A stretch of DNA of 64,000 nt, from IMG/VR virus record IMGVR_UViG_3300042731_000990, positions 4,514 to 68,513 of that record. One strand, written 5' to 3'. The notes under the pieces are model-generated. The model was not told the DNA's origin, made no database searches, and saw nothing but the letters and a program-made list of their open reading frames with translations. Shown in pieces: positions 1 to 10,400 of the stretch. This stretch comes from a virus. Numbering within the stretch: position 1 is the first letter of the stretch; the number at the start of each line of letters is the position of its first letter. A program made the position numbers and the translations under genes.

Positions 1-564
1 ACTAAGGGTACACCTGTAGAGAATGATATAGATCCTATACAAGCTTACATTAATGCTTTTGATGCTGTTGTTTGGTCTATCTTCCAACTTAAAGAAGCTT
101 GTGATGAGTTGGTAGTTGTATATATTCCTGGTAATCATGATAGACTTTCTTCTTGGCATTTAGCTCATGCTTTAGAGAAGCACATTGATGAGCCAAATAT
201 TACATTTGATGTGGAGTACAGTGAACGTAAGGTACACTTGTACGGTGACAATTTCCTAGCATTTGAGCATGGTGATGTAAATACCTCTAACTCTGATAGA
301 GTATATGCTGCAGAGTTTCCTGAAGAGTGGGGTAGAACAATTTATAGAACATTATACACTGGTCATTATCACCAAAAAAAGACTTCTGTCTTTGTTACTG
401 AAAATGAGATTAACGGATTTGCTGTAAAGATCATGCCTAGCCTTTCTAACTCAGATTATTGGCACTACCACAATAAGTATGTGGGTAGTAAGAAAGCTGC
501 TGTATTAGAGGTGCATGAGTTTAGTGACGGTAAGGTTGCTGAGTTTTCTCATATAGCACGTTAA
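1..564 (+). CDS. Calcineurin-like metallophosphoesterase (5' end truncated by window edge)
   Basis: Frame is open from position 1 (TKGTPVEND...). Motifs GNHD, HGD and GHYH are present. Confidence 0.8.
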   Translation, partial: TKGTPVENDIDPIQAYINAFDAVVWSIFQLKEACDELVVVYIPGNHDRLSSWHLAHALEKHIDEPNITFDVEYSERKVHLYGDNFLAFEHGDVNTSNSDRVYAAEFPEEWGRTIYRTLYTGHYHQKKTSVFVTENEINGFAVKIMPSLSNSDYWHYHNKYVGSKKAAVLEVHEFSDGKVAEFSHIAR

Positions 565-590
565 TTTCTTTGATTCTTCCTCTATTTTCA

Positions 591-606
591 GTAAATTATT
601 AATGTA
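591..606 (+). promoter_or_regulatory. Putative phage late-promoter motif GTAAATTATTAATGTA
   Basis: Similar motif recurs upstream of other + strand units (11808, 15729, 36926, 42051, 56390). Confidence 0.45.
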
Positions 607-611
607 CCTCT

Positions 612-1196
612 ATGGATAATTATAACGCTCCGGATCTAAATGCACCTAGATACAGAAAGAAATCTTTAAGTTTTTCAAACGCAAAGTTTTTTAAAGAGTT
701 TAAAGAAAAGTATCCTGCATATAAAGATCTAGACAATAAGGTGTTGAAAGAGATTATTGCTCATTTCAACGGTCTTATTTGGGAAAATGTAATTGAAGAA
801 CGTGAGGGCATGTCTTTACCAGAAAGTTTAGGCTTTTTGTTTGTTGGTAGTTGTACTGCTAAGAAAGCATTTAATGCTGATCATACTAAGTCAGCAAAGC
901 TTGGAGTCAAGGTAAAGAACTTGAATTATGATACAGACAATAAATTATGCAAGATTGTCTATACTAATTACGCAAACAAGTATGCCTTCAAGTATAGAGA
1001 GATATGGGGTTTTCAAGCTGTAAGACAGTTTAAGAGAACAGTATCTAAAGCATACAGTGAAAACTGGCAGAAGTATATAGTGCTTGACGAGTTTATTACT
1101 ATTGCCCAGTTGTTTAGAAAGAACGATGAAAAGATGTATTCTAAAAAGCATGAGGAGAAATTGCTAGAAGAATACGATGAGTTTGAAATTGATTAA
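612..1196 (+). CDS. Basic protein, possibly the IHF/HU-like protein of crAss-like structural modules
   Basis: Lys-rich 194 aa; HU-like 'MSLPESLGFL' segment; position ahead of the tail genes. Confidence 0.5.
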   Translation: MDNYNAPDLNAPRYRKKSLSFSNAKFFKEFKEKYPAYKDLDNKVLKEIIAHFNGLIWENVIEEREGMSLPESLGFLFVGSCTAKKAFNADHTKSAKLGVKVKNLNYDTDNKLCKIVYTNYANKYAFKYREIWGFQAVRQFKRTVSKAYSENWQKYIVLDEFITIAQLFRKNDEKMYSKKHEEKLLEEYDEFEID

Positions 1197-1198
1197 TT

Positions 1199-1870
1199 AT
1201 GGCAACAATTGGAGAAGTAGTTTCTCGTGTAAGAAACAATGTTAAAGGGTCTAAGCAGGATCCTTTTTTGACTGATAGGTATTTATACAGTATCATTCTG
1301 AAATATGCTACTCTTTTAATGAGAAGACAAGATTCAGCTAACAAGTTGATGAAGTTTAATAGTGTATTTCAAACTCTCCCTTTTGTTGAGCTGATTGAAG
1401 TAGATAAGGTAGAAGCACAGTGTTCAGGTATCAAGTCTGGATGTACTATCAAACGTACTAAAGAGAAGTTACCCAGCTTTATGCAAGGATACTGGGGACC
1501 ACTCATTAGAACGGTGAGCTCTATTGATGGTGGTATTGAACTACAACCTACTCATCCTGGTACTTATACATCTATGACTAAGACCAGTTCTTTCAAGTAT
1601 AATACTACTAAGTACTTCTGGTTTTTAAATGACTATTTATACCTTCCTAATGTAGATTGGGATGCTATCAAGATTGAAGGTGTGTTTGAAGGTGATATTA
1701 CTAAGTGGAACTGTGATCCAGAAGATGACTGTGATCCTAGACACATGCAGCCTTTTAACGTACCAGACTTTTTGTTTGCAGAGATTGAGCAAATGGTATT
1801 AAATGATCTCAATGTTGTTTTGAAGACTCCAGTAGATATGGCAGATGATAAACAAAATATTGTTAGATAA
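1199..1870 (+). CDS. Virion structural protein (tail ring/adaptor-like)
   Basis: 223 aa; TAATG overlap with the next gene; synteny upstream of the tail stabilisation protein. Confidence 0.55.
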   Translation: MATIGEVVSRVRNNVKGSKQDPFLTDRYLYSIILKYATLLMRRQDSANKLMKFNSVFQTLPFVELIEVDKVEAQCSGIKSGCTIKRTKEKLPSFMQGYWGPLIRTVSSIDGGIELQPTHPGTYTSMTKTSSFKYNTTKYFWFLNDYLYLPNVDWDAIKIEGVFEGDITKWNCDPEDDCDPRHMQPFNVPDFLFAEIEQMVLNDLNVVLKTPVDMADDKQNIVR

Positions 1871-2736
1871 TGGGACAGTATACAATTCAATATAGAACGT
1901 TTAATCAGCTCTTAGAAGATGTATCTGTAGACTTTTCTGCATATGCATTAGAGGGTATGATTGAACCTCAGCAGCTCATTAAAGTTGCTACTAGAGTTAA
2001 TTATGATTTAGGTCTTAGGATTCATCAAACAAAAGAAGTAGTCTTAGATGTAGAGCATGGTAAGGCTAAGCTTCCATCTGACTTCTTTGTACTAAACTTT
2101 GGTATGTTGTCTAGTAAGGTTACAGTTACACAACCTGAACTAGGAGGTACACACATTGAAGAAGTTGTTTTAGATAAGTCTAAAGTGTCTGTAGATGATA
2201 ATGGTTGTCCTACAGACAGTACTGTATGTAAATCAGATTGTGGTAATTACTATCAATTAGTACAGAAGTTTAAGACTAAAACAGTTACATATGATAAGCT
2301 ACAAGCTATTAAAATAAAGCCTAGTAGCTCAGTATCAGCAGATTGTCCTAACACAAATTGGTCTTCTACTTATCAAGCAGAAGTTAGAAACGGTTGGGTA
2401 TATACCAGCTTCAAGACTGGTAAGTTGTACGTTAACTATCAAGGAGCTTTAGAAAATGAAGAAGGTGAGTTACTAGTAATGGATCACCCTTTGATTAATG
2501 AATACTACGAATATGCCATGAAGCAACGTATTCTTGAGAATATGTATATGAATGGTGAAGAGGTGGTTCAAAAGATGAACCTTGTAGAAGGTAGACTTAG
2601 AGCTGCACGTAATAACGCTTTATCATTAGTGAACACTCCAAACTTTGCAGAACTTAAAAAGGTATGGGAGATGAATAGAAAATCTCAATATCACAAGTAT
2701 GTAAATATGTTTAAGAGTTTTCCTACTGTAAAGTAA
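1870..2736 (+). CDS. Virion structural protein (tail tubular/ring protein-like)
   Basis: 288 aa; segments 'GKAKLPSDF' and 'GKLYVNYQG...ELLVMDHP'; synteny with crAss tail genes. Confidence 0.55.
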   Translation: MGQYTIQYRTFNQLLEDVSVDFSAYALEGMIEPQQLIKVATRVNYDLGLRIHQTKEVVLDVEHGKAKLPSDFFVLNFGMLSSKVTVTQPELGGTHIEEVVLDKSKVSVDDNGCPTDSTVCKSDCGNYYQLVQKFKTKTVTYDKLQAIKIKPSSSVSADCPNTNWSSTYQAEVRNGWVYTSFKTGKLYVNYQGALENEEGELLVMDHPLINEYYEYAMKQRILENMYMNGEEVVQKMNLVEGRLRAARNNALSLVNTPNFAELKKVWEMNRKSQYHKYVNMFKSFPTVK

Positions 2737-2747
2737 TATAGATAGAC

Positions 2748-5700
2748 ATGGCTAAGAAGAAGAATACATCTCCTGGTCTGGACCAGACGTCAATCTTTAA
2801 TAAAGGATTGATAAAAGACTTTTCAGATATTTTTACCCCTGAAGGTAGTTGGTCACATGCTCGTAATGCAGTTACTAATTCTGCTCAGGGTGACATGGGT
2901 GTCATTTCTAATGAGCCTAGTAATGTTCTATGTACTAAGGCACCTTATGATGTAATTGGTGCTATACATCTAGAAGATGACGAGTGGGTTATATATTCTA
3001 CAGATGATGTTAATAGTGAGATAGGTTTATTTAAAGAGAAGACATGTGAGTATACAAAGATTGTAAATGCTGCTTGTTTAAACTTTAATCGTGGTTATAT
3101 GATCACAGGTGCATTCAGAGAAAACTTTGATTGTACTAGACAGGTATATTGGGATGATGGTTATAATCCTTCTAGGACATTAAACATTGATGAGATCCCA
3201 TATAAAAAGACAGAAAGGATAGTAGACGGTTGTGTACAAGAAACACTTACAGATGAAATCGAATGTGAAAAACTTTTATTGGCTCCTATCTTTGAAGTAC
3301 CATGTATTGAACTTAAAAGAGGAGACAACGCTGGGACTCTTGATAATGGATCTTATCAAGCAGCAATTGCCTACTCAGTCAACGGACGAAGAGTAACAGA
3401 CTACATTGCATTATCTAATGTATGTGCTGTCTTTGATCATGATAATGACCTGGGTTCTTTAGAAGTTAGAATTACAGGCTTAGAAACAGACAGGTTTGAA
3501 GAATATGAACTTGTTATTATAGGTAATGTAGCAGCACAAGCTAATGCAAAAAGAATTGGTTTTTATAGTACCAATCAGAATGTAGTATTCTTAGATACTA
3601 TTGCTATTAGTTTACCTGCTGTACCGCTAGAAAATATACCGGTACTTAACCCTGCATATGAGAAGTCAGACAGAATGTTTGAAGTGGATGACTACTTGGT
3701 ACGTGTGGGTCTATATGAAAGATTTGATTTTAATTACCAGCCTTTAGCTAATAAGATAAAGACTGAGTGGGTAGCTGTAGCATATAAAGATGATTACTAT
3801 TATAACGGGGGTCAGAACGCTGGTTACATGCGTGATGAGCAGTATGCTTTCTTTATTAGATGGGTATACAAAACAGGAGAGAGATCTTTTTCATATCACA
3901 TACCTGGTAGAAAAGCTAATGCTGCTGATATATCTACTGTTGGTGGAGCTGATGTAATCTATCCATCAAAGAATAAAAAATGGCAGGTATACAATACAGC
4001 TAGTATTACAAGTACCACACAACAATCATTACAAGACAACGGTACTATCATTGCCAGAGGTAAGATGGGTTACTGGGAGTCTACAGAAAAATATCCTGAT
4101 AGAAACTCAGAACGTTGGGGTGAACTATGTGGTAAAAACATTAGACATCATAAGATGCCTGATGATAGAATTATTCCTAGACACACAGATGACGGTAAGA
4201 TTGTAATCATTGCTCCACAGTTTAGCAACATTGCACCACCATTAGATAACAATGGTAATGTTATTGAAGATGTAGTAGGATATGAGATCTTAAGAGGTTC
4301 TCGTCTTGGTAATAAAACTATTGTAGGTAAGGGTCTTATTAATAACATGGGTGAGTACACTGTACCGGGTAACAATGATGAGAATGAAAAGACTTTGTTT
4401 GTTAACTATCCATTTAATGATCTTAGAGAGGATGACTATTTAACCTCATTTTTTGTTAGAGGTGCTAGTTTACTTAATAATAGTGATTTAGGAACTGAGC
4501 GTGTAAGACCTTTTGATAGCTATAACCAAAAAAGATACTTTTCTTTTCACTCTCCTGAACTTTCTTTTTACAGAACTTTTTTGTCTGCACCAGAACTTAA
4601 GATTTATGGAGAAGCAACTGGTACAGCAAAAGGTACCTTTATAGAACCTAGCAAACATCCTAAGAATGTAATTATTTCTAATACAGCTGGTCTTATTTCT
4701 GTATTACTTGGTTTAGGATATTTAGATAGATACTTAAGGGGAAACAGAACATATACTATTCCAGGTGGAAATAGTTATGGTACGTTTACTACTTACTTGA
4801 ACACTCTAGCAAAGAATGTACCTTTTGCTAGTTACATTCCTGGTTTAGGTCAATATGCTGCTTTTGTAGGTAAAGCTACTACAACTCGTTTAGAGTCTAG
4901 TGACTATAATAATTTACCAGGCGCGTTGCGTAAGTTTATGTTTATTCCAGCATTAATAACTGGATTGTCTGAAGGTGCTGATATATTCTTACAGAGAATG
5001 TACGATATGTTACAGCCTAGACAACATGCATTACAACATGTGTCTCATGGTTTTTATAATAAGTTTAAACCTGCACAAGATGGTCAGACTAGACGTTTGA
5101 TTAAAGATTCTGTATATGCCAAACCTCATGTTCAACAGTTAAATTCTGATGTTACTGTAAATAACTTATTTAGAACGAGGACAGCTGTATTAGAATTAGG
5201 TAGAGATTTAGAAAACCCTAAAACTATTGATACATCAAGATATACTCTTAATGATATTGATAAAGATACTACATTATACTTAGGTGAAAGAGATCGTTTA
5301 TACAATCCTTATAAGAACTTTACAGATCAGATTAGTACTACAATTGCTTCTCATTACTGTGCTTTAAAAATAGATAATGAAAATCAGTATGGTCAGTTAT
5401 CCAGTGTAGTACAATTACCTACAGGTTGTTTAGATAAAGTAGTTGTGGGTAGTGTTAATCAAAGATATACATCTTCTATTGTATTTGGTGGTGATACATA
5501 CATTAATCGTTATACTGAGAAGAACACAATGCCGTTCTTTAATAACTGGTTAACTACTCAACCAGATGGTTTTGCATTTGATTATACAAACTATATTAAT
5601 GTTCCTTATCCTAAATACTGGATGAATTCAGAACAGTGGGATCTTGGAGACTTTTTCCAAGGTCTTGGTACAGGTTTAGGTAACTGGGCAAGTAATTTGT

Positions 5701-7487
5701 TTAGAAGAGATGAGAATGATGAACTAAGAGAATCTATTCCTGGTATACAAACTTTACCTTCTAATATGCATAATTTAGATATGCGTAGACACGCAGGTAC
5801 TTTGTTTACTCTTGGTGTAAGACACGGTTACATGTACTTGTTTAACTCTGGGGTAAGGGATTTTTATGTAGAGTCAGAAATTAATCTTGCTTACAGAGAT
5901 CATAAAGACAGACCAGAGACTAGACACTATGATAGTAAAGATTACACAGATTTAGATTCATTATTTGACATTGATATTATTACATCTGGTAATTACTACT
6001 TGTATGATTTTTCTTTAAGCAATAACACATTCCCTACGTTTAAATACCCTCATAGTATTTTACAAGCATCATACTACGATCCTACCGTAGCTGAAGAATG
6101 TTTTTCTTACAGACCTTACAAGATTATTTACAGCTTACCTAACAGAGATGGTAGTATTAAAGATCCGTGGATTGTATTCTTACCTAATAACTATAGAGAG
6201 TTTGGTAGTAAGCCTTCTAATATTAAGATGGCTGGTGATGGTAGTGCAATGATATTGTTTGAAAATGATTCTCCTGCTAGACTATTACCTCAAGATACAT
6301 TAAAGCTGGATCAAGGTACTAAGCTTAGTGTAGGTGATGGAGAGTTATTTAACAACCTTCAAGAGAATTTACTACGTACAGATGATGGTTATGAGTATGC
6401 AACGTGTCAAAGTGCATTTGGTGCAGCATCTACACCTGCTGGTATATTCTGGATTAGTTCTGATCAGGGTAAAATTTTCCAATACTCTAAAGGTATCAAT
6501 GAGATTTCTAGATTGAATATGAAGTGGTGGTTAAGTAAATACTTGCCATTCCAGATTGTACAGGACTTCCCAACTTTTAATCTAAGAGATAATACGGTTA
6601 TTGGTGCAGGTGTTACAACTATATACGATACTACAGAAGAGATAATATACTTTAGTAAAAAGGATTACAAGGTTAAGAAAGAGTTTGCAGCTAGATTAAT
6701 TTATGATAAGTTAGATAAGTTTGTATTAGACGGTGTGTCTCAAGTTAGACTGACAGACTCTAAGTATTTTGACAATGCTTCTTGGACTTTGAGTTATGAT
6801 ATTAAGAATAACTCTTGGATGTCATTCCATGATTGGCACCCTGATTTTGTTATTCCTGGTCAACAGCACTTCTTATCTGTTAAGTCCGGTAAGATTTATA
6901 AGCATAACAGTACATCAGAATCATTCTGTAACTTCTACGGTGTAGACTATCCGTTTGAAGTGGAGTTGTTCTCTGGTACAGGACAGATGGTGTCTACTGT
7001 ACGCAGTGTGGAATATCAACTGGAAACATATCAGTACAAGAATAATGGTACGGATGCACACCATGTATTAGACTTCAACTTTGATAGAGCTATTGTATAT
7101 AACTCTGAGCAAGTTTCTGGTTTACTTAAACTAAACTTGTCTCCTAAAAACAATGCTCCTGAAATATTAAGTTACCCAAAAACTAATACAAGTAGTATTG
7201 ATATTCTATACAGTAAGGAAGAAAACAAATACAGATTTAACCAGTTCTGGGATATTACAGATGACAGAGGTGAGTTTAGTTCACTAAGAAGAGCTATTTG
7301 GAATACGTCTCCAAGTGGATACATTAGAACACTAAACTCGTTTAATTTGGACTATACTAAAAACCCACATCAGCGTAAGAAATTTAGACACTATGTGAAC
7401 AGAGTTCTTTTGAGAAGAAATATTTCTGGTAGAAACCACATGATGTTAAACATTGCTACGATGAAGTTACAGCTATCACAACGATGA
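2748..7487 (+). CDS. Tail stabilisation/muzzle protein (P22 gp10-like)
   Basis: 1579 aa, beta-rich. N-terminal 'FNKGLIKD...HARNA', 'VYWDDGYNPSR', 'GYMRDEQYAF', and C-terminal 'WTLSY...WMSFHDW' are typical of this crAss family. Confidence 0.75.
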   Translation: MAKKKNTSPGLDQTSIFNKGLIKDFSDIFTPEGSWSHARNAVTNSAQGDMGVISNEPSNVLCTKAPYDVIGAIHLEDDEWVIYSTDDVNSEIGLFKEKTCEYTKIVNAACLNFNRGYMITGAFRENFDCTRQVYWDDGYNPSRTLNIDEIPYKKTERIVDGCVQETLTDEIECEKLLLAPIFEVPCIELKRGDNAGTLDNGSYQAAIAYSVNGRRVTDYIALSNVCAVFDHDNDLGSLEVRITGLETDRFEEYELVIIGNVAAQANAKRIGFYSTNQNVVFLDTIAISLPAVPLENIPVLNPAYEKSDRMFEVDDYLVRVGLYERFDFNYQPLANKIKTEWVAVAYKDDYYYNGGQNAGYMRDEQYAFFIRWVYKTGERSFSYHIPGRKANAADISTVGGADVIYPSKNKKWQVYNTASITSTTQQSLQDNGTIIARGKMGYWESTEKYPDRNSERWGELCGKNIRHHKMPDDRIIPRHTDDGKIVIIAPQFSNIAPPLDNNGNVIEDVVGYEILRGSRLGNKTIVGKGLINNMGEYTVPGNNDENEKTLFVNYPFNDLREDDYLTSFFVRGASLLNNSDLGTERVRPFDSYNQKRYFSFHSPELSFYRTFLSAPELKIYGEATGTAKGTFIEPSKHPKNVIISNTAGLISVLLGLGYLDRYLRGNRTYTIPGGNSYGTFTTYLNTLAKNVPFASYIPGLGQYAAFVGKATTTRLESSDYNNLPGALRKFMFIPALITGLSEGADIFLQRMYDMLQPRQHALQHVSHGFYNKFKPAQDGQTRRLIKDSVYAKPHVQQLNSDVTVNNLFRTRTAVLELGRDLENPKTIDTSRYTLNDIDKDTTLYLGERDRLYNPYKNFTDQISTTIASHYCALKIDNENQYGQLSSVVQLPTGCLDKVVVGSVNQRYTSSIVFGGDTYINRYTEKNTMPFFNNWLTTQPDGFAFDYTNYINVPYPKYWMNSEQWDLGDFFQGLGTGLGNWASNLFRRDENDELRESIPGIQTLPSNMHNLDMRRHAGTLFTLGVRHGYMYLFNSGVRDFYVESEINLAYRDHKDRPETRHYDSKDYTDLDSLFDIDIITSGNYYLYDFSLSNNTFPTFKYPHSILQASYYDPTVAEECFSYRPYKIIYSLPNRDGSIKDPWIVFLPNNYREFGSKPSNIKMAGDGSAMILFENDSPARLLPQDTLKLDQGTKLSVGDGELFNNLQENLLRTDDGYEYATCQSAFGAASTPAGIFWISSDQGKIFQYSKGINEISRLNMKWWLSKYLPFQIVQDFPTFNLRDNTVIGAGVTTIYDTTEEIIYFSKKDYKVKKEFAARLIYDKLDKFVLDGVSQVRLTDSKYFDNASWTLSYDIKNNSWMSFHDWHPDFVIPGQQHFLSVKSGKIYKHNSTSESFCNFYGVDYPFEVELFSGTGQMVSTVRSVEYQLETYQYKNNGTDAHHVLDFNFDRAIVYNSEQVSGLLKLNLSPKNNAPEILSYPKTNTSSIDILYSKEENKYRFNQFWDITDDRGEFSSLRRAIWNTSPSGYIRTLNSFNLDYTKNPHQRKKFRHYVNRVLLRRNISGRNHMMLNIATMKLQLSQR

Positions 7488-10400
7488 GAAAGAAGTTTGA
7501 CTACAGATTTGATAAAGGATTACCTGGTGGAGCTAACCAAGTAAAAGGTAGAGTAAAAGGTTCTGTTACACAGACAGGGTACAAAAGAAACTCTCCTGAC
7601 GTTAATAATGATTTTAATATTATTCCGTCTCCTTATATCACAATGGTAGGTGTAGACTTTCCTGTATACGGTGAAGATAACTTAGGTAACGGTCAGATGA
7701 TGTACCCTGGTAATGAGTATATGTTTCCAGGTGATTACGTTACAGAATTACCAGCATTTGGTAAGGGTGGTCTTAAGCAATGGTTTGCTGAGAAGTGGGT
7801 AGATGTAAAGACAGGTAAAGAGTGTGGTAGATCTGGTAAAGATAAAAACGGTAGACCTTATCCTGCATGTAGACCAAGTAGAAGAGTAAATGAAACTACT
7901 CCTAAGACTACATCAGAAATGTCAGCATCTGAAAAAGCTAAGTTTAAAAGAAAGAAGACTTCAGGTAAACGTATTGATTATAATCATAAACGTGCACAAT
8001 ATGGTGGTAGACAAGGAGATGTATTTCAAGAAGTGGATACTTATATCAAACCAGGTCAAAGAATTCAACCTAACTGGGCTCAGTCTCCAGTAAGTGTAAC
8101 TAACTATACTTTTGGTAAAAACTTAGTAGATGATGAGCCTAGATTTTCATTAGGTCTTCAAGGTACAGATATTTTAGATGAAATTAAATATCGTGCTGAC
8201 GCTATAGGTAGTATAGGTATAGGTGTAGGAAATCGTAAGGGTAAAAGTTTTAGACCTGCAGGTGAAAATTTAAGAGCAGGTCTTAGAGGTCAAGCTAGCT
8301 GGCAGGGTGTACCAGGTAATGCTATTGAAAACCTGTTTGGTAGACGCAGTGGTCTTGACTGGAGAGGAAGCTTTGAAGGAGAAGCAGGTCTTGCATATGC
8401 TAATGGTGCAGTAAGACCTTATATGAGTGTTATGCCTCAAACCAATGTTTTTTTAAATGATAATCTATCTCTTGGTATAGGTTATGAAATGAGAGGTAGA
8501 TATGATAAAAACTTTGACGAGCCTGTTTATGGTAATACTGACACAGGTAGCATAGCTCCTATAAGTCAAAGAGATGGTTACTCTGGTATGGGTAGAGGTG
8601 CTGCTAGATTTTCATTAAACTATGATTTAGGTAATGGTGACTTTATTGAAGGTTATTATGCTAAACCTGATCCTTTATATCAAGGTAGTATGCCAGGTGT
8701 ACGTGAAATGTTAGCATTAGAATCTGAACAACCTAGATTTGGTGTAAGACTTAGAAAGAGTTTTAAACAAGGTGGTCAACTACCTAAAGCTCAACAAGGT
8801 AAAAAGATTGCAGATGTAGCCAATCAAATGGTATTAAATGGTGAAGACGGTACTCGTCCACCTTTAAATATTATTGATAATATGGTTGCTCTATTTGATG
8901 AAGACGGTGTATGTAGAGATAACACTTGTGTTAATGTTGTAAAAGATATTTATAATAGAGCCGGTTATAATGTAATACCAGAAGGTGTATACAATAACAG
9001 AGCTTTTAAAGATGATTATGATTCTTATGGGTTACAATTGGTAGCTCCTCAAAATAAAGGCAGATATATTTTAGATGATTTACAGCCTGGAGATATTATA
9101 CAATATCGTCATGATTCAAATAGTGGAGGTGCTTTAGGAAAAGAGGGTTATCCTTTCCATTTAGGTGTTTATACTGAGAATGGTCAATACGTTAGTGATG
9201 GTTCTAAAGATGATCCTATTAAAAAGCAAAGTGTTTTTTATTATGATGATGGTACTTCTAAACCTCCTTTTGATGTATTTAGATTAAAACAATTAGGAGG
9301 TTCAATTCCTAAAGCTCAGGGTGGTATTTATACTGTACGACCTGGTGATACTTTTAACGGTATTGCAAATAGTACAGGTATTGGTCAAGAAGCTTTACGC
9401 GTAGCTAACCCAGGTATAGACTATAATAAAATACAAGTTGGTCAAGTTTTAGCAGCTCCTGGTTTGATGGGTCCACAAACCCCTCCTGTAGAAGCTCAGA
9501 CTAAAACAAAGAAAAAGAAAACAACAGGTAACTTATCCTTTAATGATTTGCTGTATAGACAGGCATATCAAGAATCTAAGTTTAATCCTAATGCTAAATC
9601 TCCTAAAGGTTATAAAGGATTTACACAAATAGGTTCCGGTATAATGCAGGACTACGCAAAAGCTACTGGTGATACACGTACTAATCCTTATGATCCTGAT
9701 TATGCTATTGCTGTACAGAAATGGGCAATGGATAAGTATTTAAATAATACAGGTTGGATTAAAGGTTCCGATAAAGTAAAACAAGCTAAAGCTCTTGCAG
9801 CATATAACTGGGGTCCGGGTAATACATTAAAGTATTTAAATGCTCAGAAAGAAAAAGGTACTGATATTTACGCTGATGATTTAAGTTGGGTATCTGGTAT
9901 GCCTAAAGAAACTAGAGATTACATAGATCATATTTTAGGACTTGAATACCCTACTAAAGATAAATGGGAAGCTAATTTCCAACGTGATACTACAGACTCT
10001 CCGTATAGTAAATACTATAAACAACAAGGTGGTGAAACTTTATACGATTACGTAAAAGGTTTAGGTTACAGTCCTACATTTGCGAATAGAAAAAAGATAT
10101 TTGCTGACTACTTTGATACAGAGTACACAGGTACTGCTAAACAAAATATAGAGCTTCTAAATCAGTTAAAGTCTGGTAAATTAAATATCAATGAATACGC
10201 ACAACGTGCTGATGTTCAACCTGTTAGAGAAGCTGTAATACAACAACCTGCACTTGCTCCACAACCTTCTGTAAGTAGTGAAGCGGTTAGAGGTACAGTT
10301 ATGAATCCAACACCTGCACCAGAAACTACAGCAGAACCTGTAAGTAGTTATAGAGGTGCAACATCCTTAACTACGGATGATGATTTACAAAAAATAAGAG

